Of a stretch of 64,000 bases of DNA, positions 48,868-61,100 are shown in pieces. The notes below the pieces were generated by a model. It was given only the letters and a program-made list of their open reading frames with translations, was not told where the DNA came from and made no database searches. The stretch is from an uncultured Chloroflexia bacterium (GTDB lineage Bacteria > Chloroflexota > Anaerolineae > Anaerolineales > UBA4823): positions 67,077 through 131,076 of the forward strand of contig CAWIYB010000003.1 of assembly GCA_963840255.1 (NCBI GenBank), in the 5' to 3' direction. The translations under genes were made by a program, and so were the position numbers. Numbering within the stretch: position 1 is the first letter of the stretch; every line of letters begins with the position of its first letter.

Positions 48868-48960
48868 ATGAACGATATCATCTATCTAGCTATTGTTTTG
48901 GTTTTTTTCCTCGCTAGTTGGGGCTTGCTGGTTTTGTGCGAGCGCCTGATGGAGGATTAA
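48868..48960 (+). CDS. 30-aa membrane micro-peptide upstream of kdpF
   Basis: RBS GAGG; MNDIIYLAIVLVFFLASWGLLVLCERLMED. Confidence 0.7.
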   Translation: MNDIIYLAIVLVFFLASWGLLVLCERLMED

Positions 48961-48961
48961 T

Positions 48962-49054
48962 ATGGACCTCATTTATATTATCGCCGGCTTCATTTCGGTG
49001 GCCTTATTCATTTATCTTGTGCTGGCATTACTCAAACCAGAATGGTTTGATTGA
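48962..49054 (+). CDS. kdpF: K+-transporting ATPase subunit F
   Basis: RBS GGAGG; ...YLVLALLKPEWF. Confidence 0.88.
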   Translation: MDLIYIIAGFISVALFIYLVLALLKPEWFD

Positions 49055-49075
49055 TGATGTGGATGGAGCATATCT

Positions 49076-50875
49076 ATGACCGTCAATAGCTACCTGCAAA
49101 TCGGCATCTATTTCGTGGTATTGGTCCTGTTGGTCAAACCGCTTGGCTTATACATGGCACGCGTCTACCAGGGCGAATCCACATTCCTTGACCGGCCCAT
49201 CCGCCCTCTTGAGCGCTTGTGTTACCGGCTGATTGGGGTCAATCCCCAGGATGAGATGGATTGGAAGACCTATGCGATTGCTCTGCTGGTCTTCAGTGCC
49301 ATCAGCGTCCTGGTAGTCTACCTTCTTCAGCGTGTACAGGGATTATTACCCCTTAACCCACAGAAGCTCGGGGCAACCACGTCTGACCTTTCCTTCAATA
49401 CCGCCGTCAGCTTTGCCACCAATACCAACTGGCAGAACTATGCAGGCGAGACCACCCTGAGCTACCTGACCCAAATGGTGGGTCTGACCGTGCAGAACTT
49501 CGTCTCAGCCGCGGCAGGCATGGCCGTCCTGGTTGCTTTCATCCGTGCCCTGGCGCGCAAGCAGACCACGAAATTAGGCAACTTCTGGGTCGACCTCACC
49601 CGTAGCACGCTCTATATCTTGCTACCGCTGTCGATCATCTTTGCCCTCGTCCTGGTCAGCCAGGGAGTAGTGCAGACTTTATCTCCCTATAAGCAGGCAG
49701 CCTTGTTACAACCTTCCAGTTACCAGATCCCCGTGCTGGACGCCAGCGGCAGCCCGATGCTGGATTCACAGGGGAACCCGGTGATGGAAACCGTTCCTTT
49801 GACCACGCAACTTCTGGCGGTGGGACCAGCCGCTTCTCAGATCGCCATCAAGCAGTTAGGCACGAATGGTGGAGGTTTTTTTAACACCAATTCTGCCCAT
49901 CCGTTCGAAAACCCCACCCCCCTCACCAATTTCCTGGAGATGTTGGCCATCCTGCTCATCCCCGCTGCGCTCACCTATACCTTTGGCAGGATGGTTGGTT
50001 CCACCCGCCAGGGGTGGGCTATCCTTGCAGCTATGCTGGTGCTGCTGTGGGTGCCTTTGGGCCTGGCATTGGCATCTGAACATGCCGGGAACCCTGCCCT
50101 GGTCAGCCTGGGAGTGGATCAGACCGCCAGCCCCACCAATCTGGGCGGCAATATGGAAGGCAAGGAGGTGCGATTCGGTATAGCCAATTCCGCCCTGTGG
50201 GCAACCTCAACCACGGCGGCTTCGAATGGCTCGGTGAACAGCATGCACGATTCATACACTCCCCTCGGCGGCCTGGCGCCAATATGGATGATGATGCTTG
50301 GCGAGGTTTCCTTTGGAGGGGTCGGCTCAGGCTTATACGGGATGCTTGTTTTCGTCATCGTAGCTGTTTTTGTTGCCGGTTTGATGGTGGGCCGGACACC
50401 CGAATACCTGGGCAAGAAGATTGAAGCATACGAGATGAAAATGGCCTCAATATTAATCTTGATCATGCCCTTCACCGTACTGGTGCTCACTGCCATTGCC
50501 GTGATGACTGTTGCAGGCAAGGCAGGTATCTTTAACCCGGGTGCGCATGGTTTTAGTGAAGTGCTTTACCTTTTCACCTCCCAGGGCAATAACAATGGTA
50601 GCGCATTCGCCGGCATCGGCGGTAATAATCCATTTTATAACCTTTCTGGTGGAATAGCCATGCTGATTGGGCGTTTTTTCCTTGCCGTTCCAACTCTGGC
50701 TCTGGCTGGGTCGCTGGTTAAAAAGAAGAAGACGCCAGAAAGTGCCGGTACTCTCCCCACGCATACAGCGCTTTTTATCGTCTGGTTGATCGCCGTCGTC
50801 ATCCTGGTTGGGGCGCTAAATTTCTTCCCAGCTCTGGCTCTGGGACCGATAGTAGAGCATTTGATGCTGTGGTAA
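49076..50875 (+). CDS. kdpA: K+-transporting ATPase subunit A
   Basis: [25 protein letters not shown]. Confidence 0.97.
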   Translation: MTVNSYLQIGIYFVVLVLLVKPLGLYMARVYQGESTFLDRPIRPLERLCYRLIGVNPQDEMDWKTYAIALLVFSAISVLVVYLLQRVQGLLPLNPQKLGATTSDLSFNTAVSFATNTNWQNYAGETTLSYLTQMVGLTVQNFVSAAAGMAVLVAFIRALARKQTTKLGNFWVDLTRSTLYILLPLSIIFALVLVSQGVVQTLSPYKQAALLQPSSYQIPVLDASGSPMLDSQGNPVMETVPLTTQLLAVGPAASQIAIKQLGTNGGGFFNTNSAHPFENPTPLTNFLEMLAILLIPAALTYTFGRMVGSTRQGWAILAAMLVLLWVPLGLALASEHAGNPALVSLGVDQTASPTNLGGNMEGKEVRFGIANSALWATSTTAASNGSVNSMHDSYTPLGGLAPIWMMMLGEVSFGGVGSGLYGMLVFVIVAVFVAGLMVGRTPEYLGKKIEAYEMKMASILILIMPFTVLVLTAIAVMTVAGKAGIFNPGAHGFSEVLYLFTSQGNNNGSAFAGIGGNNPFYNLSGGIAMLIGRFFLAVPTLALAGSLVKKKKTPESAGTLPTHTALFIVWLIAVVILVGALNFFPALALGPIVEHLMLW

Positions 50876-50936
50876 ATATGGACGTTATTTACATAACAAG
50901 TTTCTCGCATATTGTCTTGATGAACAGGTTTATCGT

Positions 50937-53030
50937 ATGACCACTCAACTTCAACCAAGGAATTCTCAATCTCTCAAGCGGGAGTTGTACCTGCGTGCAA
51001 TTCCAGCCGCATTGTTCAAGCTCAATCCGCGCCACATGGTACGCAACCCGGTTATGTTCGTCGTCGAAGTCGGCAGCCTATTGACCTCATTGTTATGGGT
51101 TCAGGCTCTGGCAGGTCATGGGGAAGCCCCAACAGCTTTCATCGGTGCTGTGGCATTATGGCTGTGGTTTACGGTTATCTTCGCTAATTACTCTGAAGCC
51201 GTTGCCGAAGGGCGCGGCAAAGCCCAGGCAGAGGCCTTACGTAAAACACGCCGGGAAACTCAGGCCAAAAAACTACGCCAACCTCACCACGATGCCGGTT
51301 ATGAGATTGTGCCCTCCGCGTCTCTGTGTAAGGATGACTTGTTCCTGGTGGAAGCCGGCGATATCATCCCGGTTGATGGAGAGATCATCGAGGGGATTGC
51401 TTCCGTGGATGAGAGCGCAGTTACGGGTGAGAGTGCGCCGGTCATCCGTGAATCTGGCGGAGACCGCAGTGCCGTTACCGGTGGCACACGCTTATTATCA
51501 GATTGGTTAGTGGTGTGCATCACCGCCAACCCAGGCGAAGGCTTCCTGGATCGCATGATCGGGCTGATCGAAGGTGCCAAACGCCAGAAAACCCCCAACG
51601 AAATCGCCTTAAATATCCTTTTAGCTGCCTTCACGATCATATTTCTAATTGTTTGTGTGACCTTGCTCCCGTATTCCCTTTACAGCGTGCAGGCTGCTGG
51701 AGCTGGCACCCCGATCACCATCACCGTACTGGTGGCATTGTTAGTCTGCCTGATACCGACCACGATTGGCGGGTTGCTCTCCGCCATCGGCATTGCCGGT
51801 ATGGACCGCATGATCCAGCGCAATGTGATTGCTCTATCCGGACGGGCAGTGGAAGCCGCAGGTGACGTGGATGTGCTTCTACTCGATAAGACCGGCACCA
51901 TCACGCTGGGTAACCGCCAGGCAGTCGAGTTCATCCCTGTAGCCAACATCAGCTCAAAACAGCTGGCGGAAAGCGCCCAACTTTCTTCGCTGGCTGATGA
52001 GACGCCGGAGGGTCGTAGTATTGTGGTTCTGGCGAAGGAAAAATTCGGCTTGCGCGGTCGGACCGTAGGGGCTGGTCCGGAGACACCATCAGGCGCCCGT
52101 TTTATCCCCTTCACCGCTCAAACCCGGATGAGTGGGGTGGATTTGGATGGAACATCCATCCGTAAAGGCGCCCCGGATGCAATGATAAGTTATATAAAGA
52201 ACCAAGGTAAACCAATACCAGCGGAATTAGACCGCCTGGTGGAAGGCATCGCCCGAGATGGTGGCACACCACTGATTGTGACCCGCAACGGGGACGCTCT
52301 AGGTGTGATCCACCTCAAGGATATCGTCAAGGGTGGGATCAAGGAACGCTTCACCCAGCTGCGTAAAATGGGCATCAAAACCGTGATGATCACCGGCGAT
52401 AACCCGCTCACAGCCGCGGCGATAGCCGCAGAGGCTGGGGTGGACGACTTCCTGGCCCAGGCTACCCCGGAAACCAAGCTGAAGCTCATCCGGGAATACC
52501 AGGCTGGGGGACGGCTGGTAGCCATGACCGGTGACGGCACCAACGATGCCCCTGCTCTGGCGCAGGCGGACGTCGCGGTAGCTATGAACACCGGCACTCA
52601 GCCGGCGCGTGAAGCCGCTAATATGGTTGACCTGGATAGCAACCCCACCAAGCTGATCGAGATCGTAGAAATCGGCAAGCAGCTGCTGATGACCCGCGGC
52701 TCGTTGACCACCTTCAGCATCTCCAATGACGTATCGAAGTATTTTGCCATCATCCCTGCTGCCTTTGCCAGCACCTATCCTCAGCTGGGTGCGCTTAATA
52801 TCATGCACCTGGCAACTCCGCAGAGTGCCATCCTCTCCGCAGTGATTTTCAATGCTCTGATCATCGTCGCCTTGATCCCACTGGCGCTCAAGGGTGTCCC
52901 TTATCGAGCTAAAGGTGCAGCACAGCTTTTACGGGACAATTTGCTCATCTACGGGTTGGGAGGACTGGTCGCCCCATTTATTGGGATTAAACTGATCGAC
53001 ATGCTGTTGGTTTTTTTACACCTGGTGTAG
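50937..53030 (+). CDS. kdpB: K+-transporting ATPase subunit B
   Basis: TGES, DKTGT, GDGTND, LIPTTIG. Confidence 0.97.
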   Translation: MTTQLQPRNSQSLKRELYLRAIPAALFKLNPRHMVRNPVMFVVEVGSLLTSLLWVQALAGHGEAPTAFIGAVALWLWFTVIFANYSEAVAEGRGKAQAEALRKTRRETQAKKLRQPHHDAGYEIVPSASLCKDDLFLVEAGDIIPVDGEIIEGIASVDESAVTGESAPVIRESGGDRSAVTGGTRLLSDWLVVCITANPGEGFLDRMIGLIEGAKRQKTPNEIALNILLAAFTIIFLIVCVTLLPYSLYSVQAAGAGTPITITVLVALLVCLIPTTIGGLLSAIGIAGMDRMIQRNVIALSGRAVEAAGDVDVLLLDKTGTITLGNRQAVEFIPVANISSKQLAESAQLSSLADETPEGRSIVVLAKEKFGLRGRTVGAGPETPSGARFIPFTAQTRMSGVDLDGTSIRKGAPDAMISYIKNQGKPIPAELDRLVEGIARDGGTPLIVTRNGDALGVIHLKDIVKGGIKERFTQLRKMGIKTVMITGDNPLTAAAIAAEAGVDDFLAQATPETKLKLIREYQAGGRLVAMTGDGTNDAPALAQADVAVAMNTGTQPAREAANMVDLDSNPTKLIEIVEIGKQLLMTRGSLTTFSISNDVSKYFAIIPAAFASTYPQLGALNIMHLATPQSAILSAVIFNALIIVALIPLALKGVPYRAKGAAQLLRDNLLIYGLGGLVAPFIGIKLIDMLLVFLHLV

Positions 53031-53080
53031 CCGGCACGCGGATATAAGGTGAATTAAACCCTGAGTAAGAGAGGTAAATT

Positions 53081-53845
53081 ATGAAAACGAACCGCTTATC
53101 TTTTTCATCCACAATCTTTTTTAACTGTATCTTCGCTTTTTTGAGCGTCGTGATCTTGACGATTCCTTTATTATTTATCGGGAGAGACACATTAGGCGAA
53201 GCTGTCATTGCCTTGCTATACCTGGTGCCGGTCGGGTGGAGTGCTGTCCGCTGGGGTCAGGGCGCGGGCGTGTGTGCGGCTGTAACTGCAGCTTTAGCTT
53301 TTGATTTTTTTTTCATTCCACCTTTCTACACATTCGCCGTGGGCAGGCTTGAAGGCTGGTTGGTGCTGGCGATCTTCCTGGTAGTATCGATCGTAGTGAT
53401 CGGTTGGATCCAAACCAGCTTAACCAAAGCTCAGACCAGTGAGCGCGAAGCTGTCTTTATGTACGAGATAAGCACGGCCCTGGCAGGGCTGCGCACCCAG
53501 GAAGCGGTCGTCCATACCCTGGCAACGAATTTACAAATGATGTTCCAGGCCGAGCTGGTGGAAGTATTCGTTCAACCTGGTGGAAAAACAGAGTCAATAT
53601 TCTCTGGCGCACCAGCTGATGTGAAAGGAAGTGGAATCCCCGACCGCATTCTGCCTATTTTGGCTTCACCAGGAATGTTGGGAGAAATCCGTATCTGGCA
53701 AGGTCACGGTTGGCTACCTGGAGAAGGCAGCCGGCTGCTGAACAATATCGCCACTCAGACATCACAAGCCCTTGAACGGGCTCGGTTGGCAGAAGCAGAG
53801 ATATTATTAAATACGCTGCGAGCAGAAACAGCAAGCAAAGGTTAA
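53081..53845 (+). CDS. Stand-alone KdpD-like membrane (DUF4118) plus GAF-like protein
   Basis: 4 TM segments with [12 protein letters not shown]; EREA..YE; C-terminal QALERARL; no kinase domain. Confidence 0.8.
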   Translation: MKTNRLSFSSTIFFNCIFAFLSVVILTIPLLFIGRDTLGEAVIALLYLVPVGWSAVRWGQGAGVCAAVTAALAFDFFFIPPFYTFAVGRLEGWLVLAIFLVVSIVVIGWIQTSLTKAQTSEREAVFMYEISTALAGLRTQEAVVHTLATNLQMMFQAELVEVFVQPGGKTESIFSGAPADVKGSGIPDRILPILASPGMLGEIRIWQGHGWLPGEGSRLLNNIATQTSQALERARLAEAEILLNTLRAETASKG

Positions 53846-53846
53846 T

Positions 53847-54419
53847 ATGCGATCACAATTAAGACCAGCAATCGTGTTACTTGCCATTTTCACCTTATTG
53901 ACAGGTGTTATCTATCCTCTGGTGGTTACTGGAATCTCCCGGTTGGTCTTTCCTCACCAGGCAAATGGAAGTCTGATCGAGCATAATGGTCAGGTAATAG
54001 GTTCCGATTTAATCGGGCAATCTTTTAACGACCCGCGCTATTTCTGGGGCCGCATTTCAGCTACTTCACCCTACCCATACAATGCAGCAGCCTCCTCGGG
54101 CTCAAATCTGGGACCCTCCAATCCCGCTTTGACAGCTGAGGTGAACGCTCGCATAGCCGCCTTGAAGGCTGCTGATCCCGCAAATACTTCACCGATCCCG
54201 GTGGATTTGGTGACCTCATCCGGCAGTGGTCTTGACCCGAATATCAGTGTTGCCGCAGCAAATTATCAGGTGGCGCGTGTTGCCAGGATACGCGGACTGA
54301 GCGTAGAGGTTGTACAGGCTTTAGTCGACCAATTTACCGCGGGGCGGCAGCTCGGTGTATTGGGAGAACAGCGGGTTAATGTTCTCGAGCTCAACCTGGC
54401 ATTAGATGGGATAAAATAG
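53847..54419 (+). CDS. kdpC: K+-transporting ATPase subunit C
   Basis: [34 protein letters not shown]. Confidence 0.96.
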   Translation: MRSQLRPAIVLLAIFTLLTGVIYPLVVTGISRLVFPHQANGSLIEHNGQVIGSDLIGQSFNDPRYFWGRISATSPYPYNAAASSGSNLGPSNPALTAEVNARIAALKAADPANTSPIPVDLVTSSGSGLDPNISVAAANYQVARVARIRGLSVEVVQALVDQFTAGRQLGVLGEQRVNVLELNLALDGIK

Positions 54420-54436
54420 GAAGGGGAGTAATTTCA

Positions 54437-57118
54437 ATGAGTTCCACGCCTCCTGTTAACCGCCCAGATCCAGATGATTTGCTCGCCCGCATCCAGTCTG
54501 AAGATAAGCATCGGGCACGTGGGCATTTAAAGATCTTCTTCGGTTATGCTGCCGGCGTTGGCAAGACCTATGCCATGCTTGAGGCTGCCCATCAACGTCA
54601 AGCTGAGGGGATAGACGTTGTGGTGGGCTATGTAGAAACTCACCAGCGCGTGGATACAGAAAATATGCTGCAGGGGCTGGAACTGATTCCGCCCAAGACC
54701 ATCACCTATCGAAATATCAACCTCACCGAAATGGATATTGACCAGGTTCTGCTGCGGCAACCCCATCTGGTTCTGGTGGACGAGCTGGCCCACACCAATG
54801 CTCCCGGTTCGCGGCATGCCAAGCGCTATCAGGATGTGGAAGAACTTCTATCAGCTGGAATTAATGTCTATTCAACCTTGAACATCCAGCATTTGGAGAG
54901 CCTGAATGACGTTGTCGCCCAGATCACTGGCACCAAGGTGCAAGAGACCATCCCGGATAGTGTGCTCGACGAGGTCACCGATATCGAGCTGATCGATTTG
55001 CCCACCGATGAATTGCTCAACCGGCTTAAAGGCGGCAAAGTATACATTCCGGAACAGGCCGAGCGCGCCATTGAAAAATTCTTCCGCCAGGGAAATCTCA
55101 CTGCTTTGCGCGAGCTGACCATGCGCCGGGCAGCCGAACGGGTGGACGACCAGATGCTAAGCTACATGGAAACACGTGCCATCTCCGGGCCGTGGCAAGC
55201 AGGCGAGCGCTTACTTGTTTGTATCAGCCCTGGGTCGGTGAGCGAGCGATTGATCCGTACCGCCCGCAGATTGGCGGATGAGCTGAAGGCGGAATGGTCT
55301 GCCATTTACGTCGAAACCCCTCGGCAGGCTGGAATCTCAGCTGAACAGCGCGACCGTGTCGACCGTATGCTGAGGTTGGCAGAGGATTTGGGAGCAAAAT
55401 CTGTCTCCCTGCCCGGTCAATCGGTAGTGGAGACCGTGACTGATTATGCCCGCAGCCATAACGTCACTAAAATTATCATCGGAAAGTCACGCCGCTCACG
55501 CTGGGAAAAATTACTGCGAAACTCGGTCGCCGATGAGCTCATCCGGCAAAGTGGACCGATCGATGTTTACTTCGTCAACAGTGAAGCCAACCCCTGGACC
55601 ACACCTCCCGAACGCTTATGGCAACCCCATCGACCGTGGCGCAGATATTTGTGGGCAACCGCCCTGGTGGCGTTAGCCACAGTCATTGGTGCATTGGTTG
55701 CTCCGTTCATTTCACCTACCAACCTGGTGGTTATTTATCTGCTATCCACGGTGCTTGCGGCGCTTTTCCTCGGTCGCGGACCGGCCGTACTGGCTTCAAT
55801 TTTGAGTGTGGCAGCATTCGATTATTTCTTCGTCCCGCCACATCTCACCCTGGCAGTTACCGATACCGAATACATATTGACTTTCTTCGGTTTGCTGGCG
55901 GTGAGTTTAGTGATCAGCTACCTGACTGCCCAGGTGCGTGAGCAAGCCGATGCAGCCCAAAGGCGCGAAGCCCAAACGGCAGCGTTATATGAGCTGGGAC
56001 ATGACCTGACGGCTACGGTTGGGTTGGAAGCAGTGGCAAAGACGATCATCTCCCATATCAGCCAGACTTTTAGCCGCGAAGTTGCCATTTTCCTACCTGA
56101 AGCTGGTCAATTAATTCTTTATTCTGCCAGTTCAGGTTTGGTTGTCGCTGAAAATGAGCTGGCGGTAGCCACCTGGACCTTTGAGCATGGTCAGCTGGCT
56201 GGACGTGGGACGGATACATTGCCAGACGCCTCGATGCATTATCAACCGCTTAAGACCACGCACGGGGTGATTGGTGTGCTGGGGGTAAAGCCTGCCAGCC
56301 CCAGCTCGTATATGAGCCCCGATCAACGCCGCACATTGGATGCTTTCGTCAACCAGGTCGCCCTGGCGATTGAAGGTGCTCGCTTGTCTGAGCAAGCCCG
56401 TCAGTCGGAGCTATTGGAAGCCACCGAAAAACTACAAGCGGCGCTGCTCAATTCCATCTCGCATGATCTTCGCACCCCGCTGGTTTCCATCACCGGCGCC
56501 TTGAGCAGCCTGGATGAAGACAGCCCCGCCCTGGATGAAGAAGTCAGGAAAAGCCTGATCGAGACCGCCCGCGAGGAAGCCGAACGATTGAACCGGTTGG
56601 TGGGCAACCTCCTGGATATCACCCGCCTGGAAGCTGGTGCGATGCATCTGCATCGTGAACTATGTGACGTGCAGGAGTTAATCGGTTCATCCCTGGAGCA
56701 AATTGGGACTCCCCTCAAGAACCGCCAGGTGAAGGTCGATATTGCACCCAAATTACCACTTATAACCGTAGATTTCGTGTTGTTCAGCCGGGTTCTGGTG
56801 AATGTGATCGATAATGCCCTCAAGTACTCTGCGCCGGATAAACCGGTTGAAATCAAGGCCCGCGCCAGCCACCAATACTTGGAAATCAGTGTGGCTGACC
56901 GCGGAGAGGGCATCCCGGTAGACGATCTTGAGCGAATATTCGATAAATTCTACCGGGTGCAGAGACCTGACAATGTGAGCGGCACCGGTTTAGGTCTATC
57001 GATCAGCAAGGGAATCGTGGAGGCGCACGGCGGATGCATCCAGGCAGAAAACCGCCGCGGGGGTGGATCCATCATTAAGGTACAGCTACCGTTAGAAGGG
57101 ACAGTGAACAATGAATGA
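54437..57118 (+). CDS. kdpD: Sensor histidine kinase KdpD
   Basis: GYAAGVGKT, DELAHTN, Usp domain, 4 TM, GAF, SHDLRTPL. Confidence 0.97.
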   Translation: MSSTPPVNRPDPDDLLARIQSEDKHRARGHLKIFFGYAAGVGKTYAMLEAAHQRQAEGIDVVVGYVETHQRVDTENMLQGLELIPPKTITYRNINLTEMDIDQVLLRQPHLVLVDELAHTNAPGSRHAKRYQDVEELLSAGINVYSTLNIQHLESLNDVVAQITGTKVQETIPDSVLDEVTDIELIDLPTDELLNRLKGGKVYIPEQAERAIEKFFRQGNLTALRELTMRRAAERVDDQMLSYMETRAISGPWQAGERLLVCISPGSVSERLIRTARRLADELKAEWSAIYVETPRQAGISAEQRDRVDRMLRLAEDLGAKSVSLPGQSVVETVTDYARSHNVTKIIIGKSRRSRWEKLLRNSVADELIRQSGPIDVYFVNSEANPWTTPPERLWQPHRPWRRYLWATALVALATVIGALVAPFISPTNLVVIYLLSTVLAALFLGRGPAVLASILSVAAFDYFFVPPHLTLAVTDTEYILTFFGLLAVSLVISYLTAQVREQADAAQRREAQTAALYELGHDLTATVGLEAVAKTIISHISQTFSREVAIFLPEAGQLILYSASSGLVVAENELAVATWTFEHGQLAGRGTDTLPDASMHYQPLKTTHGVIGVLGVKPASPSSYMSPDQRRTLDAFVNQVALAIEGARLSEQARQSELLEATEKLQAALLNSISHDLRTPLVSITGALSSLDEDSPALDEEVRKSLIETAREEAERLNRLVGNLLDITRLEAGAMHLHRELCDVQELIGSSLEQIGTPLKNRQVKVDIAPKLPLITVDFVLFSRVLVNVIDNALKYSAPDKPVEIKARASHQYLEISVADRGEGIPVDDLERIFDKFYRVQRPDNVSGTGLGLSISKGIVEAHGGCIQAENRRGGGSIIKVQLPLEGTVNNE

Positions 57119-57803
57119 CATAGGGTTACGGGTCTTGGTGGTTGACGATGAACGCGCCATCAGGCGCTACCTGCATGCAGCCCTCAACGCCCAGGGATAT
57201 ACAGTGTACGAAGCCAGCGGTGGAAAAGAAGCCCTGAACATGGTGGTCGCCGACCGGCCAGACTTGATCATTCTCGACCTGGGACTGCCTGATCTGGATG
57301 GTGTCGAGGTGACCCGCCAGCTGCGCGAGTGGACGCATATCCCCATTATCATTCTCTCAGTCAGGGAACAGGAAAGCGATAAAATCGATGCCTTGGACGC
57401 AGGCGCAGATGATTACCTGACCAAACCTTTTAGCAGCGGCGAGCTCATGGCGCGCATGCGGGCAGCGTTAAGGCACTCCATGGAAACCCCCTCAGCGCCG
57501 GTATTCAAAATGGATAATCTTAATGTGGACCTCACTCGCCGCCAGGTGAAACTGGCCGGTGAGGAAATCTCATTGACCCCTACGGAATATGACCTGCTGC
57601 GCATCCTGGTGCAAAATGCCGGCAGGGTGCTCACCCACCGGCAGCTCCTGCGCCAGGTGTGGGGAGGCGCTTATGAAAGCGAAGCACACTTATTGCGCGT
57701 GAACATGAGCAACCTGCGCCGGAAAATCGAGCCCGACCCTACCCGACCCCGCTATATCATCACCGAGCCGGGGGTGGGTTATCGCTTGAAAACCGAAGCA
57801 TAA
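57111..57803 (+). CDS. kdpE: Response regulator KdpE
   Basis: ILDLGLPD, DDYLTKPF, TEPGVGYR. Confidence 0.96.
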   Translation: MNDIGLRVLVVDDERAIRRYLHAALNAQGYTVYEASGGKEALNMVVADRPDLIILDLGLPDLDGVEVTRQLREWTHIPIIILSVREQESDKIDALDAGADDYLTKPFSSGELMARMRAALRHSMETPSAPVFKMDNLNVDLTRRQVKLAGEEISLTPTEYDLLRILVQNAGRVLTHRQLLRQVWGGAYESEAHLLRVNMSNLRRKIEPDPTRPRYIITEPGVGYRLKTEA

Positions 57804-57912
57804 TCCTGGCATCCAACGCCCGGCAGCCGTTATTCTCCTGGAATACGCGCAGCGGGTTGATATCCAGCTCCCGGATCTCGGGAAAATCGATCAATAACTG
57901 CGAAAGACGCAA
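57749..57912 (+). repeat. Direct repeat copy 1 (164 bp): kdpE 3' end plus 3' end of the convergent CoA ligase
   Basis: Matches 61938-62100 with 3 substitutions and 1 indel; last 117 bp identical. Confidence 0.95.
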
Positions 57913-58101
57913 CAAGGCGCCACTAACTCGTTATTAATATTATTACATCCAATTTTTATCTAATTACGTATAATAATATATATTCATATCCAAAATTGAG
58001 TAATAGTTGGAGAGCACCAGTCCCAATAACAATTAAATAATTCGATCAACAGCATAGACTAACATGCTGACAATCCGGTAGCTATCCTGACGAGGAGCCC
58101 C

Positions 58102-61100
58102 ATGTCAACCCTTCGCAAGTTATCCTTTCTGCTGTTGTCTCTCACCTTGGTACTGTCCATGACGATGCCGGTTCAAGCCTTCGTCAAATTGCCCTCTCAC
58201 TTTGTCCCCGGCGATGATGCTATCGGTGCAGCTGCCGGTGACCAGTTCGCTCCAGCCATCGCCCGCGGGGGAGATAACTTCCTGGCGGTGTGGTCCGATA
58301 AGCGCTCGAACCCCAATGGCGGTATATACTTCGAATTTGAAACCTCCAATGATATCTACGGTGTGCGCCTGGACGCGACGGGTAACCCGTTGGAGATGGT
58401 CCCTTTCCCAATTGCTGCAGGGCCTGGATCTCAAGAGAATCCCAGGGTGGTATGGAATGGTACCAATTGGCTGGTGGTTTATGAAAGCTACGATATTGGT
58501 GGCACAGGTTATTACTACCAGAAAACGCTCGAAGCCGTACGGGTTTCCCCGGCGGGTGTCGTGCTGGACCCGGAACCCATCAAGTTGTACAGCATTACTC
58601 CATCTGGAGGCATGTGGTCGGTTGCTTCAGATGGCAACAATTGGGTGATTGCCTTCGAAGGCACTTCGGCGAGTACTGATCTGATGGCGATGCGTATCTC
58701 ACCAGAGGGTGTGGTACTCGACCCCCCCATCTATACCCTGGTCCCCGCTACGTACTACTCACGCCCCAACTTGCGTCTGTCATATGCCAACGGAGTTTTC
58801 CTGCTCACCTGGGCAGATTTCACCGACACGATGGCTATCCGCTTCGACCAACAGCTTAATCTCTTGGATGCTTCTCCGCACCTGTTGCTGAGCAGCTGGA
58901 ACTTTGCGGATTTGACCTCTAACGGTAGCCAGTTCTACGCTGTATGGATCTCCCAGGACCCGCCTAATTATCTAATTTCCGTTACCGGCTCGCGCATCAG
59001 CACGGATGGGGTTATGCTGGACGGGAATGGGGTGAATATCTCAGATACCCATGAGCCTTTACCGTATTACATAACAAATGTGGTATGGGATGGCACGAAT
59101 TGGAAAGTGACCTGGGAATATCAAGGTGTTTCGGTGGCACGGGTCAATCAGGATGGTCAGGTGTTGGATCCCGGCGGCGTGGCGGTGGCAGGTCTCACCC
59201 CTGGGCCGACTGCTCCCAACCCGTCTGGTGGGGTACAGCTCGTCTGGTCAGACTTCAACATCTCTCTGGCAAACTCATATGATGTGTTTTCAGCCTCGAT
59301 CTCCGCGGATAACGTGGCGGAGCCAATCCAGACCCCATCAGCCGGCACACCTGCTCAATTGCATCCGGATATAGCTGTGGGCAGTGCGGGATATATGCTC
59401 GCCTTTGATAGTGATGTCTCGGGTATCCATCGGGTTATGGCTCAGCCTCTGGATGCCACCGGCAACCCGCTCACCACGGAACCCATCCTGCTCGATACGT
59501 TTGACACCACCTATAAACCAGGGTTTCCCACCGTAGCCTGGAATGGATCACTGTATCTGGTATCCTGGAACAACAGCAGCGGCGTTGTCGCTCAGCGTAT
59601 CCAGCAAGATGGCACACTGGTGGATCCAGCACCATTCCTCGTGATGCCCGGCTTCGGCGCCACGGATGTCGCCGGCCTGGGTGATGTCTTCCTGGTGACC
59701 GGTCTGAAGATCGGCATCAACCCTGAATATGTCTTCCCAATGGCGGCGCGTGTACGCGGCTCGGATGGCGTAGTGCTCGATAACCCTGCACTGACTTTAG
59801 GGAGTTCCTTCGCCTATAATCCGTCAGTAGCTGTGGTGGGAGGGCGCTGGCTGGTTGTTTGGGAGGCACACCCGACCCATGACAATCCCATCGCAGACAC
59901 CATGGCAGCATTTGTAGATGACAGTGGTGTTATCTCGCCTGAGTTCTTTGTTTATGGTTCCTACTCGACCAGCTCATACTCTTACGGCACCAGCTTGGCT
60001 TCCAATGGTAGTGAGGCGCTGGTGTTACAGAACGCCGAGATTTCATCTGGTGTGGAGATGGACCTGGCTGGGCGTATCGTTCACTCGGATGGTACCCTGG
60101 GCCTCGACTTCAATCTCACTCCGTGGGCTGGCAACCAGTACCGCCCGCGGGTAGCCTGGGATGGCAGCCAGTTCATTGTCGTCTACCAGGATCAACGCAA
60201 CCGCCTGGCGGAGTGGGAGCTGGATCAGATGGACGCCCGCAGCGACTTGTTCGGCATGCGTGTTGCCTCTGATGGGACCATTCTCGATCTCACGGGATTC
60301 ATCTTCTCGAACTCCACCGGCGCGGAGGCCTACCCGAATATCGCCTCAACGGACGGAACCTCCCTGATTGCGGCCTCGATCGTGCAAGAGTCCCCCTATT
60401 CATCCTACCGTGTTGGTTATGAGTTGATCGGCTTAGGGGGCAATGCATGGCCGGTTGCAGTCGCCTCAGCCAGTCCTGTAAACGGTGATGTTCCTCTGCC
60501 GGTGTCATTCAGCTCTGCGGGCTCCACCGATATGGATGGTAGCATCGCTTCCTATGCCTGGGATTTTGGCGATGGCAACAGCTCGAGCGAAGCCAATCCC
60601 AGCCACACCTATACCACCGGAGGCCCCTTTGTGGTAACCCTGACCGTCACTGACGATCAGGGTGCTCAGACGACGACCACGGTGTTTGTCAAAGCCCTCA
60701 ACCCTAACCAGCTCCCAGTAGCGAATGCCTCAGCTGAGCCTATGGGGGGCATTCCACCGTTCGACGTGGTCTTTGATGCCACCGGTTCCTACGATCCGGA
60801 TGGCTGGTTGGGAAATTTCCACTGGACTTTCAGCGATGGTGGGGAATACTGGGGCAACATTGCTTATGCCACAGTCTATACGACCGACCCCTTCACAGCC
60901 ACCTTAACCGTGTTCGATAATCGCAATGGCACCGGCAGTGCAACTGTGGTCATCAACACCGATAACTTCCCCCCGGTACTTGATCCCATCGGTGCAAAAA
61001 CCGTGGATGAGCTCACCCCGCTGGTATTTACCGCTACCGCCACCGATCCCGATACGGGTCAATCTCTCGCCTTTTCGCTCGGACCAGGTGCCCCGTCAGG

